64,000 bases of DNA from Eledone cirrhosa (GCA_964016885.1 OZ024741.1:70184001-70248000); one strand, 5' to 3'; counted from the stretch's first letter, positions 1 through 14,661 are shown. The notes: generated from the letters alone by a model not told the origin. Translations and numbers: made by a program.

Positions 1-403
1 GGGTAGCCATGTTTGTTTATATAACAGGCTAAATGAGTTGGGGTGTATAACCCAACGAAACTTAAGTCATGTATATGTCTGTGTTGTAACTAATTATACT
101 TAACTCGTCCTACGGACTAAGTGATATTGATGATGACGACAACGACGACGACGACGACTATGACGATGACGGCATTTATGATGATGAGAGAATGCCTTTG
201 AAACCACTGAGCAAGACACTTCACGTTGCTCCAGTTCAGTCAGTTGTAGAAATGGGTTATGACATCACTGCTGCCAAGCTGTATTGGCCTTTGTCTTTCC
301 CTTGGACAACATCTGTCATGGGTGACTGCTGCTCTTCCACTACCTCAGAAAGGAACTTTCTAGATGCGAAATCCTTGGTCATTCGTGACCGGATGGGTCT
401 CCC

Positions 404-472
<69 letters not shown>

Positions 473-612
473 TATATATGCATATAAACACACACACATA
501 TATATATATAAATATATACATATATATGTATACACACACATATATATATATACATATATACATATTCACATATATATCCACATATATACAAATATATATA
601 TAAATACATATG

Positions 613-712
<100 letters not shown>

Positions 713-838
713 GCATCGCCAATCCACACTATATGTACCTATTGGAGCATGCCTGTATTTATTTGAGAGAATAAACCTTTGCTAGTGTATCCATTTATAC
801 AACAAGGTATATGTGTGTATATGTATTATCCATGCATC

Positions 839-874
<36 letters not shown>

Positions 875-880
875 CACACA

Positions 881-920
<40 letters not shown>

Positions 921-1242
921 TGTGTGTATATCAATTTTCAGTCTCCTCCTCATATACCTTTACATATTAATTCAAGTGGTGGGTGGGAACATCTTCACTG
1001 AGAGACACTTGTTATCTCACTACATGACTGAAGAACCTACAGTCATGATAATGCGTAAATCTCAAGAGCATTTCACTTCATATATAAACCGCTTTTTTTA
1101 TAAAATCTAGCCAATCATTGACGCAGGCATTGGTGTATCATTAAACAGTTTGTTTCGTAAACGCGTCGCATCTTTCGTAAGTAGCCTTTACTCTAATGTT
1201 GTTAGTGGAATCTGGAAGACGTAGAAATCCAGATGCTTTTTG

Positions 1243-1290
<48 letters not shown>

Positions 1291-1357
1291 AAAAGCATCT
1301 GCATTTCGGATCTAGCCGTCGAAACGGCCGGAGCTCAGCCGTCGGGGTCCTGACTTT

Positions 1358-1480
<123 letters not shown>

Positions 1481-1647
1481 CACACATATATATATATATG
1501 TATATAGATATAACGACGATGAATTAGTTTTGCGAGGTTTTTGATATGAAATCGTGTGTCGAAACAAATATTGTTATACTTTGGGAGGGTCATATTTGTG
1601 TAATAGTATTGCCAGAATTAATAATAGAACACACTCACTGTTTGGTT

Positions 1648-1725
<78 letters not shown>

Positions 1726-1728
<3 letters not shown>

Positions 1729-2335
1729 TGGCTGCCAACTCGTTTTCGAGTACGGCCACTACTTTATATCTATGTAGGAGAACGCCTACCGATGCGCTGA
1801 ACGAATGTGACTTTTTAGTCCAGCCAGCGACTTGAAAACTCTGGTACAAACACTACACTTGTGACAATTATTGACACATAGTGCTGGGCCCATGGTACCA
1901 TGTGAGGACAAGTGCAGAGAGATCTCCAGATACAAAGCAATGCCTGTGCCGTGAAGCTTTTATAGTGAGCAAAGGCACTGCACAAAGCCAGTTCCACTCT
2001 CTTAACCAAGATGATATTTACCAAAAAGAAGAACAAGTCAACATCATTGGATACCATCAGGGTTGCAGGTGTTATATCAGAGTTTTCCTTCTCCTAGAAT
2101 TCTGCCTTGACAAAGGCTAAGGGGTCATCTCTCCCGGTGATTTTGGATGGCCATTGACTCTTAAGAGCTTCTTTGCCATTTGACAGGTTTTGTTTTTAGT
2201 CCTGCAGGATGTCCAAAGTCACCCTCCTCACCAAGAAACCTTGGTGGGGTTGCCAGTTTAGTCGCCAACGTCCCGACCATGAGACAGGTTGTACTGGGAT
2301 ACATGTTACCAGTAGCACCAACTGGTGACCTGACA
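1726..2335 (-). mobile_element. Bipartite non-autonomous RTE-derived element, copy 1 (~610 bp)
   Basis: Near-identical to 17110-17951, 18197-18805 and 21910-22321. RTE-like 5'UTR motif GGAGAAGGAAAACTCTGA, a C2H2 remnant at the 3' end, a terminal stem-loop and microsatellite flanks. Confidence 0.7.
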
Positions 2336-2362
2336 CATATATATATACATACATCTATCTAT

Positions 2363-3717
2363 CTAAGGCAGGTAAAATTCCCGAGATCCATGGACGAGTT
2401 CTCTCCAGCGGTCTCTGTCCCTCATTATCGCTGCCATGTCCTGCGTCTCCAATAGACCAGTGTCTGTCCTTAGGGCATCAACATACGTTAATCTTGGTCT
2501 TCTTCTTCTAGTGTGTCCATGTAGGGGTTCCCAAAGGAGCACTGAGTGCAATGTCAACTCTGGATGTCGGTGAGCATGTCCAGCTAACCTTAGTCTCCTC
2601 TGTGTCACTTTTGAGCTGACTTTTGGGAGGCTCCCATACAGCTCTGAGTTTTTCATCCTCAGTGTATACTGATTAATGTTCAGAGCCATCCTCAGCATTC
2701 TCGTGTAGCACCCATCCACCATCTGAGTGAGTTTCTTGGTCAGTGTTCAAGTCTCAGACCCATACAGCAGCACAGACTCCACTACAGCAATGAAGAGGCG
2801 GATTTTCATGTCTCTACGAAGGTCCGACTTCCACACCGATCTCAAGCTGTGGCACGCCGCCCAGGCCTTGCTCTTCCTCTCAACCACATCATCTTCCGTA
2901 TTCCCAATCTTTGCTCCCAAATACAGGAAGCCCTCAACAAATTCTAGCGGCTTCCCGCCTACATTAGTGATCCCCTCTGGCTTCTCAACATTCTCTACCA
3001 GATATTTTGTTTTAGTCTCATTCATTCTCAGCCCCACACTCATCGACACAGTCTCAACCTCCCGCATCAAATCCTCTGCCTCCTTCACTGTATTTGTCAC
3101 CAAAACTATGTCGTCGGCAAATTCAGCATCCGATACCTTTTTCGCCCTAACTCTCCTGCTCTGAGCCGGTGCCACAGTAAAGCCAGAGTCCTGGTGTTTC
3201 TCCAGTGCAAGGCGCATACAATAGTCCACTACGATGATATAAAGGTAGGGAGCCAATATATCTCCCTGGAGCACTCCAGCCAGTATCTCAAAGAACTCTG
3301 TCATCCCATCAGGTGTAATGACTTGGGCTTTGGTGTTGGTGTAGAGCAGTGATATCAGGTCCACTATCTTCTTGGGGATTCCATAAGCCGGTAAGATCTT
3401 CATCAGGCAGTAACGCTCCACAGAATCAAAGGCCTTCCTAAAGTCAATGAAAACCATGACCGCAGGAAGGCACTTTGCTCTAGCTCCCTTTAATATCCTC
3501 CTCAGCATCAGGATGTGACTGGTGGTTGATCTACCCCCTCTGAAGCCGTTCTGGTTGTCCCTGAGCTTATTCTCCATCTCAGGCTGGATCCTGTTAAGAA
3601 TCATCCTGTTGAGGGTCTTTGCCACAAGTGACGTCAGTGAGATCCCCCCCGTAGTTGTTGGTGTTAGAGAGATCTCCCTTCTTTGGCACTGGGACGATGT
3701 TACTGATCCTCCACTGA
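2363..3717 (-). pseudogene. RTE-clade LINE, 5'-truncated RT plus C-terminus, frameshifted
   Basis: ORFs 2747-3775 and 2363-2722 contain QNGFRGGRST, FIDFRKAFDSV, GVLQGDILAP, EFADD, FLYLG and RLRLAGH...GHTRRRRPRLTY; stop codon runs into a (GATA/TATG) tail. Confidence 0.9.
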
Positions 3718-3736
3718 TATATATATATATATATAT

Positions 3737-4133
3737 ATTGGCAAACGGAAAAGAAAATGCTGACAAATTGTTCACAGTGAAAAATAGTTTAATTAGGAAT
3801 AAGTGAGAATTAGTAATAGTATTGGTTAGTATTCAGTTTTGGTTTTAAGTTTTACCGGTTGCGCATTTCTAATGCTTTTCAAAAATAATTTTGAGATAGA
3901 GCGTCCGTGATTAGAGCAAACATCACGGACGCTCTATCTCAAAATTATTTTTGAAAAGCATTAGAAATGCGCAACCGGTAAAACTTAAAACCAAAACTGA
4001 ATACTAACCAATACTATTACTAATTCTCACTTATTCCTAATTAAACTATTTTTCACTGTGAACAATTTGTCAGCATTTTCTTTTCCGTTTACCAATATAT
4101 CATAACTTGTGTGTTACACCTCTATTCTTTTTA

Positions 4134-4135
<2 letters not shown>
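3737..4135 (+). mobile_element. Fold-back element (arms ~3737-3910 and 3923-4097, extra tail on right) with degenerate hammerhead-like core
   Basis: Near-perfect ~175-bp inverted repeat around TTAGAGCAAACA, flanked by (TA)n; TTGAAAA-gcatt/aatgc-GCAA-ccgg-TA in both arms. Confidence 0.75.
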
Positions 4136-4189
<54 letters not shown>

Positions 4190-4230
4190 AAATGAAAATC
4201 CGAAGGCAAGGTAAAATTCCAATCATTTAA

Positions 4231-4304
4231 TCACGACACATGTTTCAATAATAGATAGATCGATTGTAAAGCCATGATCGATTATCACTGAGCTCATCAG
4301 GTGA
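4231..4304 (-). ncRNA. Type I hammerhead ribozyme
   Basis: tcac-CTGATGA-(stem II)-GAAA-catgtg-TC-gtga; stem I tcac/gtga. Confidence 0.7.
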
Positions 4305-4834
4305 AAATGAATTGTCTTCAAATTCTTGATATGAGGGAGAAAAAATAACGATGTTCTCTCACAGAATTCATTCCCTCATATGGAGACACACCAGTCAGTC
4401 AGAGACATGGTGACTGCTATTAGCTTTAGTTGAGGTCATAAAAGTTTTCAGATTTCTCCAATAGTGCACCTTACTATGGATATCGGTAAGAAAATTTTTT
4501 TTATATCGATGTTTGACGGGCATCCACTGATGATTAATAAGTGCCCACCTGCATATATTCCTACGGACTATGTGTAGGCTTCTACATAATCTGGACATAT
4601 TTTCCCAACTTGTAGAAAACTTGTAATGAAACAATTGTTTGGAAAGGGAGATGTATTTTAATTATGTCTCATATAAAATAATACAACTGGCTATCCTCAA
4701 AATACATATAGGTAGCACCCCAAACGTAAAATTGGGATTATACTAAGGTATATCCTAATGTTTGTTGAGTGAGATGGAAGCCAGTCAGAGTATTGCTTAA
4801 AGCTTTCTCTGTTAATGTATTAAATATATATACA

Positions 4835-5362
<528 letters not shown>

Positions 5363-5505
5363 AATATATATATATATTGTGCATTTCAATTGCATTAAAA
5401 CGTGGTGATGTCCTGGGGACAACGCATCAAATACCTACTACATGACATTGTAATGCCTTTGGAATGCCTTGTGATATAAGACAATAAACTATATATATAT
5501 ATATA

Positions 5506-5557
<52 letters not shown>

Positions 5558-5588
5558 TGTGTGTGTGTGCGTGTGTGTGTGTGTGTGT

Positions 5589-5627
<39 letters not shown>

Positions 5628-6086
5628 GGGAGAGAGACTCTCCCTCGGACTTAGGGTTAATCTCTAGAGAGTTCCTCTTATTTTTTCCAGCTGAGAGAAG
5701 TAGAGCAATGTGAAATAAAGTGTCTTGATCAAGGACACAAGGTGCTTCCCGATCTGGGATTCGAATTTATAACTTCTTCATTGTGAACCCAACATTCTAA
5801 CCACTATGTCAGGTGTCCTTGTGTTTGCATTTGTATGTCCATGTCCGTGCTTGCGTTTGTCTATACCTGTTTTTATTTCGCATAAATTAGTGTTTTATCA
5901 AAAGAGGTCGATAAAATAAGTATCAGCACTGTGGAAGATGTAATCGACTTTAAATAAAATGAAAAGCTATCGCCATCATAACATAATATACGGTAGTGGT
6001 ACCTTAGCATATTATATCGTGAAACCATCACATTCCTTTACACCTAGAAGACGTATCTATATTTTGCAGCAACCTCCACCAACATG

Positions 6087-6148
<62 letters not shown>

Positions 6149-6594
6149 TGTATATATACAGCCCTCGGGCAGTAACTCTTTACAATACCTGCACTCTATT
6201 TTCTTAAGTATCGAGTACTTAGCTGAAACATTGGTTTTACTGGTTTAAACTGGTAACCCCAATCACCCCTCGCTCTCTCTGTATGTATATATATATATAA
6301 AGAAAAAGTAAATGAAAACGCAGCAAAAAAAAATTTTCATCTAGAAAAAAATAACTCACATGTTATTGGTTAATCCAAGGCTATAGTAGAAAAACTTGAG
6401 CCCAATGTGCCGTGCAATTTGACAGAACTAGATAATTACAAGGTTGCAAGCAACCTCCTTGACGACACATTTAAACCTGTTTACACACACACACACACAC
6501 ACACATATGTATATGTATATACATATGGGTGTGTGTGTGTCCCGGACTCAATCGGAGGTAACCACAGTAAGTAAGGTACTCAATACATAGCAGA

Positions 6595-6644
<50 letters not shown>

Positions 6645-7290
6645 ATGAAAATATGGGTGAGTAGAATACTGCTGGTTGCACATGGATAACATGTTATAAA
6701 ATGAGTCCCTCATCAGTGATTTACCAAACGATCATGGGTATTTCATCGCATTAAAAATCATATACCTCACGTTGGAGCGATAATAACTAAAATAAGTTAT
6801 TAGGACAAAAGAAACGCGTAATGCGAGTGAGACAAGTAAACAACACAGGGGGAAGTTAACCGAAGATGGAAATAAACACAAGCAACATAGTTATTCTTTC
6901 AGCATAAGCTGTGTGAATATATGAGCGAGTCTAGAAAACAGACCTTTCGCTAGTGAATCCGGTGTTAGAAAGAATGAAAACCGTTTTCACAGCGAACGGG
7001 AGGAAGAAAGAAGGGGAGAAACAGGGACTGAGTGAGTGGGAGTGCGAGGAAGAGGTCAGTAGAGAGAAAGAGTTAACTGACGTGGCAGAGGGGACGAAAG
7101 AAAGTAAGAGAGTAAGAGAGAGCGAGGGAGCAGTAAGAGTGTAAGAGAGAAACACAGAATTGCAGTTTGGGTAAATATATGAAAATATGGGTGAGTAGAA
7201 TACTGCTGGTTGCACATGGATAACATGTTATAAAATGAGTCCCTCATCAGTGATTTACCAAACGATCATGGGTATTTCATCGCATTAAAA

Positions 7291-7297
<7 letters not shown>
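6645..7297. mobile_element. ~534-bp unit element with ~118-bp terminal direct repeat (partial tandem)
   Basis: 6645-6763 is repeated at 7179-7297; second copy at 11295-11835; diverged end fragments at ~29520-29615 and ~30490-30597; (TA)n flanks. Confidence 0.75.
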
Positions 7298-7370
<73 letters not shown>

Positions 7371-7377
<7 letters not shown>

Positions 7378-7556
7378 AATGGCTTCTACAGGACTAGAAC
7401 TGTTTAATTCGAAGGAAATCATCAGGAAAGCCCTGATGATTTCCTTCGAATGAAACAGTTCTAGTCCTGTAGAAGCCATTTCTATATTAAATATTTATAC
7501 TCTGCTATGTGTTGAGTACCTTACTTACTGTGGTTACCTCCGATTGAGTCCGGGAC
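7371..7556 (+). mobile_element. Family C fold-back element with hammerhead
   Basis: Palindrome centred ~7428; CTGATGA-tttccttcgaat-GAAA-cag..ctg-TA-gaagcc at 7433-7477; bulged hairpin 7499-7520. Copies at 25315-25505 and 52771-52950. Confidence 0.8.
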
Positions 7557-8635
7557 ACACACACACACACATATGTATATACATATACATATGTGTGTGT
7601 GTGTGTGTGTGTGTAAACAGGTTTAAATGTGTCGTCAAGGAGGTTGCTTGCAACCTTGTAATTATCTAGTTCTGTCAAATTGCACGGCACATTGGGCTCA
7701 AGTTTTTCTACTATAGCCTTGGATTAACCAATAACATGTGAGTTATTTTTTTCTAGATGAAAATTTCTGTGTGCTTGCGTTTTCATTTACTTTTTCTTTA
7801 TGTCCGAAGATTAGTACGAGACTTGAAAAATATGAACTGAAGTCGATATGATCGACTAAATCTATTCAATATCTCAGCATTAACGCGGTGTGGTAAATGA
7901 AAGAAGTAAAAACAAAAATTCATTAAAGTTATTAAATTTTATTATAACGTGAAAACCCCGTTTTTTTTTGTTTTTTTTTTCGCAAAATCTAGGCTGTGCT
8001 CGATATACTCGAGTAACAGTAGATCTCAGGTAATAGATGACCCGCCTATGTTGGGGCAAAAAATCTGGAATTTTCCATAGACATCGTATAAAAGTCGACC
8101 CTATTATCTCACGGATAACGGATCAACATTGTGAGTCAATGTGTCATCTTGCACGTAGGCATAACACGGTTACTATATCGTCATGAATACAACAAAGAAA
8201 CTGGTAGTTCCTAAAGAAGAAGATAACGTTTTCACTGGAGATGGTAGTGGTGAGTGGTGTTTTATTTCTACTGCTTTTATCAATTTTGGTATTTAAAGCC
8301 ATAAGTTGTACTGAATTAATTATAAACAAAAGTGTAGCACTAATATACTGTACCATAACACACCTGTGATTAGTGTGACTTTAAACAAGAATATGAAAAT
8401 AATGTGACGGGAGAGTTGTGATGCGAAACACTCCGAGTAGGTATCGGCCATGTGCACAGTATAACGTTGGGTAGTGGCATGCCGGTAGATATATTACCCA
8501 TGGTAATATACAGTAATTGTGAGATATAAACTGATTGCACTAAGATAGTCTGTTAAGTTTGATGGATACGTGTAAATATTTATGAGAGCTACGCGGCCTT
8601 GTTTAGGAATTTTGTTATTTACTATATATATACAT

Positions 8636-8666
<31 letters not shown>

Positions 8667-8776
8667 TATATGTATATATATATATATATATATGTCTGTT
8701 TCTTTCTTACTGCTTCCCCTTTCTCTGTATCTCTCACTTTCTTTTTACCCCCTCTGCCGTCGGGGTCATACTTTTT

Positions 8777-8855
<79 letters not shown>

Positions 8856-9223
8856 ACGCATAGTATTGACTGTCGCGAAAACGAGTACGCGATGCCATAG
8901 AAAAGGGTATTGAATATATTATTTTTGAAGGCTAAGCTTGAGTCTGGTTAATCCGGATTTTCTCCTGTCTAGTAACAGCAATAAAACTCAAACTTGATCC
9001 AAAGAGAGAGAGAGAAAGAGAGAGAGATGGGGGAGATTGCGTTCTGATCTGGTGATCGTGCTAGGCCGAAGAAGAGGAAAACATGTTCTACCAAGTGTTT
9101 CACTAAATGTGTTTCTATGGTGAAGTGCAGCGAAAACTCCTTTTGGTGGAATATCTAGGCAATGTTGTACAATGTTGTACAAATATGAACAAACCGCTCT
9201 CTCTCTCTCTGTCTCTCTCTTTC

Positions 9224-9337
<114 letters not shown>

Positions 9338-9373
9338 TGTATGCATATCTGTATGTATGTCTGGATGAATGGA

Positions 9374-9456
<83 letters not shown>

Positions 9457-9667
9457 ATATACATACAATTGTAATACGTAATAAATTGTGTTCCGATGCA
9501 TCACTGATTCTTCGTTTTCTATAGTATCATACTCTGCTCCGAAGGAGCATAGAGTGCTCAAACGGCATACCGCCTATGGACGCATCCAAGTAACCTTACT
9601 ACAAATATATATATATATAAATACACAATATATTAATAAATGGAAACTATATTTATAAAACCATATT

Positions 9668-9733
9668 TATTTTATTATATATATTTCAAGGGCAACCAAG
9701 GAAAATTTTGGTGCGCTTTCATCAGATAAAATA
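9668..9733 (-). ncRNA. Type I hammerhead ribozyme (family B, left arm)
   Basis: tattttat-CTGATGA-aagcgcaccaa..ttggttgccctt-GAAA-tatata-TA-ataaaata. Confidence 0.8.
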
Positions 9734-9884
9734 CAGATTTGTTTTATAAATAAATATTGACATACCCGGAAAAAAGACAACCTTAACGGTTGGAGCTTCC
9801 TGGATAGTGACTATCCAGGAAGCTCCAACCGTTAAGGTTGTCTTTTTTCCGGGTATGTCAATATTTATTTATAAAACAAATCTG

Positions 9885-9950
9885 TATTTTATCTGATGAA
9901 AGCGTACCAAAATTTTCCTTGGTTGCCCTTGAAATATATATAATAAAATA
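9885..9950 (+). ncRNA. Type I hammerhead ribozyme (family B, right arm)
   Basis: tattttat-CTGATGA-aagcgtaccaa..ttggttgccctt-GAAA-tatata-TA-ataaaata; 8-bp stem I. Confidence 0.8.
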
Positions 9951-10559
9951 AATATGGTTTTATAAATATAGTTTCCATTTATTAATATATTGTGTATTTA
10001 CTCCACTACCTTGTTGAGTGCTTTATATCAGTTATAAACATTTTTAAGCTTGTTGAATCCCAACAAATTAAATATAACCTCTGCATATATATATATATTT
10101 GTAGTAAGGTTACTTCGATGTGTATAGATATGTATAGATATATAATTGTTTCTACTTTTGGCACAAGGCCAGCAATTACCCAGTACATTACTGGTACTTT
10201 ATTTTATCGACCCCGTAAGGATGAAAGGCAAACTTAACCTTGGCGGGATCATTTATTTATGTTCATACACGAGTATCGAACATGAGTTTTGATTCAACAC
10301 ATATATATATATACTCAAACTCCCGACCGCGGCGCCATGCATATATATATGTGTGTGTTTGTGAGAGTATATATGTCTGTGTGTATGTGTGAGCGTGTGT
10401 ATGGTGTATTGGTAGTTACAGCTCACACCTGTGCAGGTTTATCTGGCCTCCTAGAAACCGCATCTGGTATGATTTCTTTGCTATAGTTTAATAATAGGGC
10501 CGCCAGGCCTATCATCATGTACACACTCAGACACACAGACACATACATACATATCTAAA

Positions 10560-10815
10560 CGTCTAAAGTCTGTCTTAAGCCAGAAGGTGTTTATCCCGGG
10601 TTCATGGCGTGAAGCGACTGAGAGTACAAGACTCCCCCTGGACAGGACGCCAGTCCATCGCAGGGTTAAATCTCCAACTATTGTTGAGTAAACTGGAGCA
10701 ACGTAAAATAAAGTGTCTTGCTCTAGGAAACAACACATCACCCGGTTCGAGAATTGAACTAAAAACCTTTCGATTTCAAGCCTAATGCTCTAACCACTAA
10801 GCCATGCGCCTTCAC
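10560..10815 (-). mobile_element. tRNA-derived SINE with CORE-like middle (family 2, representative)
   Basis: A-box-like TGGCTTAGTGG, B-box-like GTTCAATTC, then GAGCAAGACACTTTATTTTACGTTGCTCCAG. Related copies ~195-320(+), 5640-5820(-), 20320-20530(-), 26125-26230(+), 32990-33245(-), 54690-54940(+). Confidence 0.7.
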
Positions 10816-10870
10816 TACATACATATACACACTTCCATATATACATACATATAGATACATTCACACAGAC

Positions 10871-10984
<114 letters not shown>

Positions 10985-11052
10985 TATATGTATATATGTA
11001 TAAATATATGTATATATATATATATATATATAATATATATATATATATATGA

Positions 11053-11100
<48 letters not shown>

Positions 11101-11118
11101 ATATATATATATATGATG

Positions 11119-11152
<34 letters not shown>

Positions 11153-11209
11153 TATATATATTATATATATATATATTATATATATATATACATATATATA
11201 TATACACAT

Positions 11210-11294
<85 letters not shown>

Positions 11295-11297
<3 letters not shown>

Positions 11298-11835
11298 GAA
11301 AAATATGGGTGAGAAGAATACTGCTAGTTGCACATGGATAACATGTTATAAAATGAGTCCCTCATCAGTGATTTACCAAACGATCATGGGTATTTCATCG
11401 CATTAAAAATCAGATACCTCACGTTGGAGCGATAATAACTAAAATAAGTTATTAGGACAATAGAAACGCGTAAAGCGAGTGAGACAAGTAAACAACACAG
11501 GGGGAAGCTAACCGAAGATGGAAATAAACACAAGCAACATAGTTATTCTTTCAGCATAAGCTGTGTGAATATATGCGCGAGTCGAAAACAGACCTTTCGC
11601 TAGTGAATCCGGTGTTAGAAAGAAGGAAAACCGTTTTCACAGCGAACGGGAGGAAGAAAGAAGGGGAGAAACAGGGACTGAGTGAGTGGGAGTGCGAGGA
11701 AGAGGTCAGTAGAGAGAAAGTGTTAACTGACATGGCAGAGGGGACGAAAGAAAGTAAGAGAAACAGAGAGAACGAGGGAGCAGTAAGAGAGAAAGAGAGA
11801 AACACAGAATTGCAGTTTGGGTAAATATATGAAAA
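11295..11835. mobile_element. Second copy of the 534-bp unit element
   Basis: Highly similar to 6645-7185; ends just after the unit junction GGGTAAATATATGAAAA. Confidence 0.75.
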
Positions 11836-11869
<34 letters not shown>

Positions 11870-12339
11870 TATAATAAATACAATATCGGAGACAGCTTTT
11901 TAGCGATACTCCGGCCAAATTCCAACTCACTCAACAAACATTAGGAAATAAGTGATTATATTCCCAATTATGCGTTCGGGGTGCTAACTAAAAGTATTGC
12001 GTGGAAAATTGGCTGTATTATTTCATATGAGTCATATCGAATATATCTCTTCCCAGACGGACGTCTCGTTTCATTATAGGATTCCTACAATTTGAGTGAA
12101 ATTATACCAATTTATGTAGGAGGTTGTATACCATCAATAGATATATATTCAAGTGGGCTCCCATAATTCATCAGTGGGTGCCCCAATAACACAAATATTG
12201 ATAATCTAACCAACATCAGTATTTAGCGATAATCATCATCAGTGCCTGAGGTATTTGTCAGGTTGCTAGTCCAGCAGTTCTAATATATATATATATATAC
12301 GATATTAACAAATGGAAATTATATTTATAAAACCATATT

Positions 12340-12404
12340 TATTTCATTATACATATTTCAAGGATACCAAGTTAAATTATGGTATGCCTTCATCAGACAA
12401 AATA
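12340..12404 (-). ncRNA. Type I hammerhead ribozyme
   Basis: Inverted copy of 12861-12925 with intact CTGATGA/GAAA/TA core. Confidence 0.8.
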
Positions 12405-12860
12405 CAATATATACCAGTTTTATAAATAAACATTGACGTACCCTTTCAAAATGCGACCGTTACTTTTGGAAGCCATCAGGATAGTGGTTTGTTTATTTTA
12501 GTAATCGTAGTGTTAAGGATAAGTAGAAAGACGGAGAGAGAGAAACGCGGAGAAAAGAAAGGGAGAGATAAATGAAGAAAAAGAGGAAAGAAAAAAGAGT
12601 TGTTTTTTTCTCTCTGTCTGGTGGTTTGATATCTCTCTGTTGTTTTCCTCTGTTTTCTTTTTTCTTTTTTCTTTCCTCTTTTTCTTTATTTATCTCTCCC
12701 TTTCTTTTCTCCGCGTTTCTCTCTCTCTCTCCGTCTTTCTACTTATCCTTAACACTACGATTACTAAAATAAACAAACCACTATCCTGATGGCTTCCAAA
12801 AGTAACGGTCGCATTTTGAAAGGGTACGTCAATGTTTATTTATAAAACTGGTATATATTG

Positions 12861-12925
12861 TATTTTGTCTGATGAAGGTATACCATAATTTAACTTGGTA
12901 TCCTTGAAATATGTATAATGAAATA
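12861..12925 (+). ncRNA. Type I hammerhead ribozyme
   Basis: tattttgt-CTGATGA-aggtatacca..tggtatcctt-GAAA-tatgta-TA-atgaaata. Confidence 0.8.
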
Positions 12926-13052
12926 AATATGGTTTTATAAATATAGTTTCCATTTGTTAATATCGTATATCTACTCCAAATACTTGTCGAGTGCTTTATA
13001 TCAGTTATAAAAATATTTACTTGTTGTATCCCAACAATTTAAATAAAACTTT

Positions 13053-13104
<52 letters not shown>

Positions 13105-13263
13105 AAATAATTAAGTCAAATATGTAATTTGGTTTGTTCTAACTCATATGATTCCAATTCCTCAGAGAAATAACAACACAACCAGGTGCTGGACATATCG
13201 GAGTATTGACGGAGTAAAACACACTTCAACAACATGTGAACTGTCTTTCCCACACCAATTCGG

Positions 13264-13316
13264 ACTGCCTGAAGAGGTCACAGCCAATGATGGCTGTGGC
13301 CGAAATATATAGCAGT
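13264..13316 (+). ncRNA. Minimal type I hammerhead ribozyme inside fold-back element 13104-13441
   Basis: actgc-CTGAAGA-ggtcacagcca(atga)tggctgtggcc-GAAA-tata-TA-gcagt; fully paired stems I and II, palindromic ATATAT stem III. Confidence 0.92.
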
Positions 13317-13589
13317 ATATCTATAGTTTATAATAAACGAAGCCAAATTTTACATATTTGACTTAATTATTTTACATTACTCCGGAGTAAACAAACCAAC
13401 CTGCGTACTTCGTCGAGTGCTCCAATCTGCATACCGACTACATATATATATAACTCCAGAAATAGCCGTCGAAACGGCTTGGGCTCTGCCGTCGGGGTCC
13501 AACATTTTCCTATTACCCACTCTACTACCCTAAGTATTGAGTACTTTGCTGCGTTATGGTCCATCTGGTTCCTTACCACACCTCCTTCG

Positions 13590-13632
<43 letters not shown>

Positions 13633-13660
13633 CATACATGCATACACACACACACATATA

Positions 13661-13736
<76 letters not shown>

Positions 13737-14229
13737 ATTCAAGGATCTTCAGATCTTCTTTTACACATTTATCTGCAATGATAATTTATTTGTTGAAGTA
13801 TTGCAACGGAATCTGAATTTCGATTTTGTAAACATTAGATACTGTGTATTGACATTACAGTACACTATATAAAACAGAAACTTCCAGCATCAAATGTTTA
13901 TAGGCGACATCAACTCAAATATATGTGTTGGTTTATGTTTAGTTTCACTATATTTTCAACTCAAAATAAGAAGAAAGGAAAACAGCATTATGTAACTTAC
14001 GAAGTTAGGCAAGTTTTAGATGCACATACGCATAGATGCACACAGATGCACACCCATATATACATACACATATATACATTCACGCATACACACGAACGCA
14101 CACACACACACACACATATATATATAGAGAGAGATACATTTAATTAAGGCGAAATAGTGAGTCTTGTAGTCACAAGATCAGCATGATGATATTGTGATGA
14201 ACAGGTGAAACTGCAGTGAAAAAGTCTCA

Positions 14230-14421
14230 GGGCGGTGGATTGGCAGTATCGGTAGAGGGTCTGACGCCATGCTTTGCAGCAAAGAGTTACGGCCCTTTAT
14301 GGTGAGTTCAAATCCCACCGAGGTTAACTTTGCTTTTCATCCTTACGGGGTCGATAAAATAAAGTACCAGTAATACACTGTGATAATTGCTGGCCTTGTG
14401 CCAAAAGTAGAAACAATTATT
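14230..14421 (+). mobile_element. tRNA-derived SINE family 1 (representative)
   Basis: TGGCAGTATCGG A box, GAGTTCAAATCC B box, CTTTCATCCTTACGGGGTCGATAAAATAAAGTACCAG body, (ATT)n tail. Copies ~10147, 18821, 19255, 19530, 33273, 35300, 50068, 50311, 51843, 53636, 54059-54626 (x3), 55487. Confidence 0.85.
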
Positions 14422-14591
14422 TAGCCTTCATAAAATGGATATTTAAACTTGACCTCGGTGTTGAGTACTCTTTTCTCTCAGCCATGTGTGTGTGTGTACA
14501 GGAGATTGTTACATAAACATACGTACTTAACTAAGAACATGACACCCATTCAGGGCTATCTATCTTCTCTCAGCAGCTACCTGTTATATGA

Positions 14592-14633
<42 letters not shown>

Positions 14634-14661
14634 TCTCTCTTTCCCTCTCTCTCTCTCTATT

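Larger units (their letters stand above)
9620..10086 (+). mobile_element. Family B fold-back element carrying two divergently oriented hammerheads
   Basis: ~190-bp arms around GATAGTGACTATC (~9809), ~85-bp tail on right arm only, (TA)n flanks. Confidence 0.85.
12296..13057 (+). mobile_element. Family B-related long fold-back element (~300-bp arms)
   Basis: 12296-~12598 is inverted at ~12655-12970; tail with bulged hairpin 12973-12995; (TA)n flanks. Confidence 0.85.

Noticed and set aside
6700-6755. SECIS or type II hammerhead in the 534-bp element (minus strand ATGA..TGAT; GAAA before CTGATGA)
   Set aside because: No apical AA at the right spacing, and no stem I or U16.1 for a permuted hammerhead.
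7980-8110. Possible Tc1/pogo-type MITE remnant (TATACTCGAGTA, CGTATAAAAGTCGACC)
   Set aside because: No matching TIR pair or TSD could be defined.
14230-14320. tRNA genes suggested by A/B boxes
   Set aside because: No cloverleaf; these are SINE heads.
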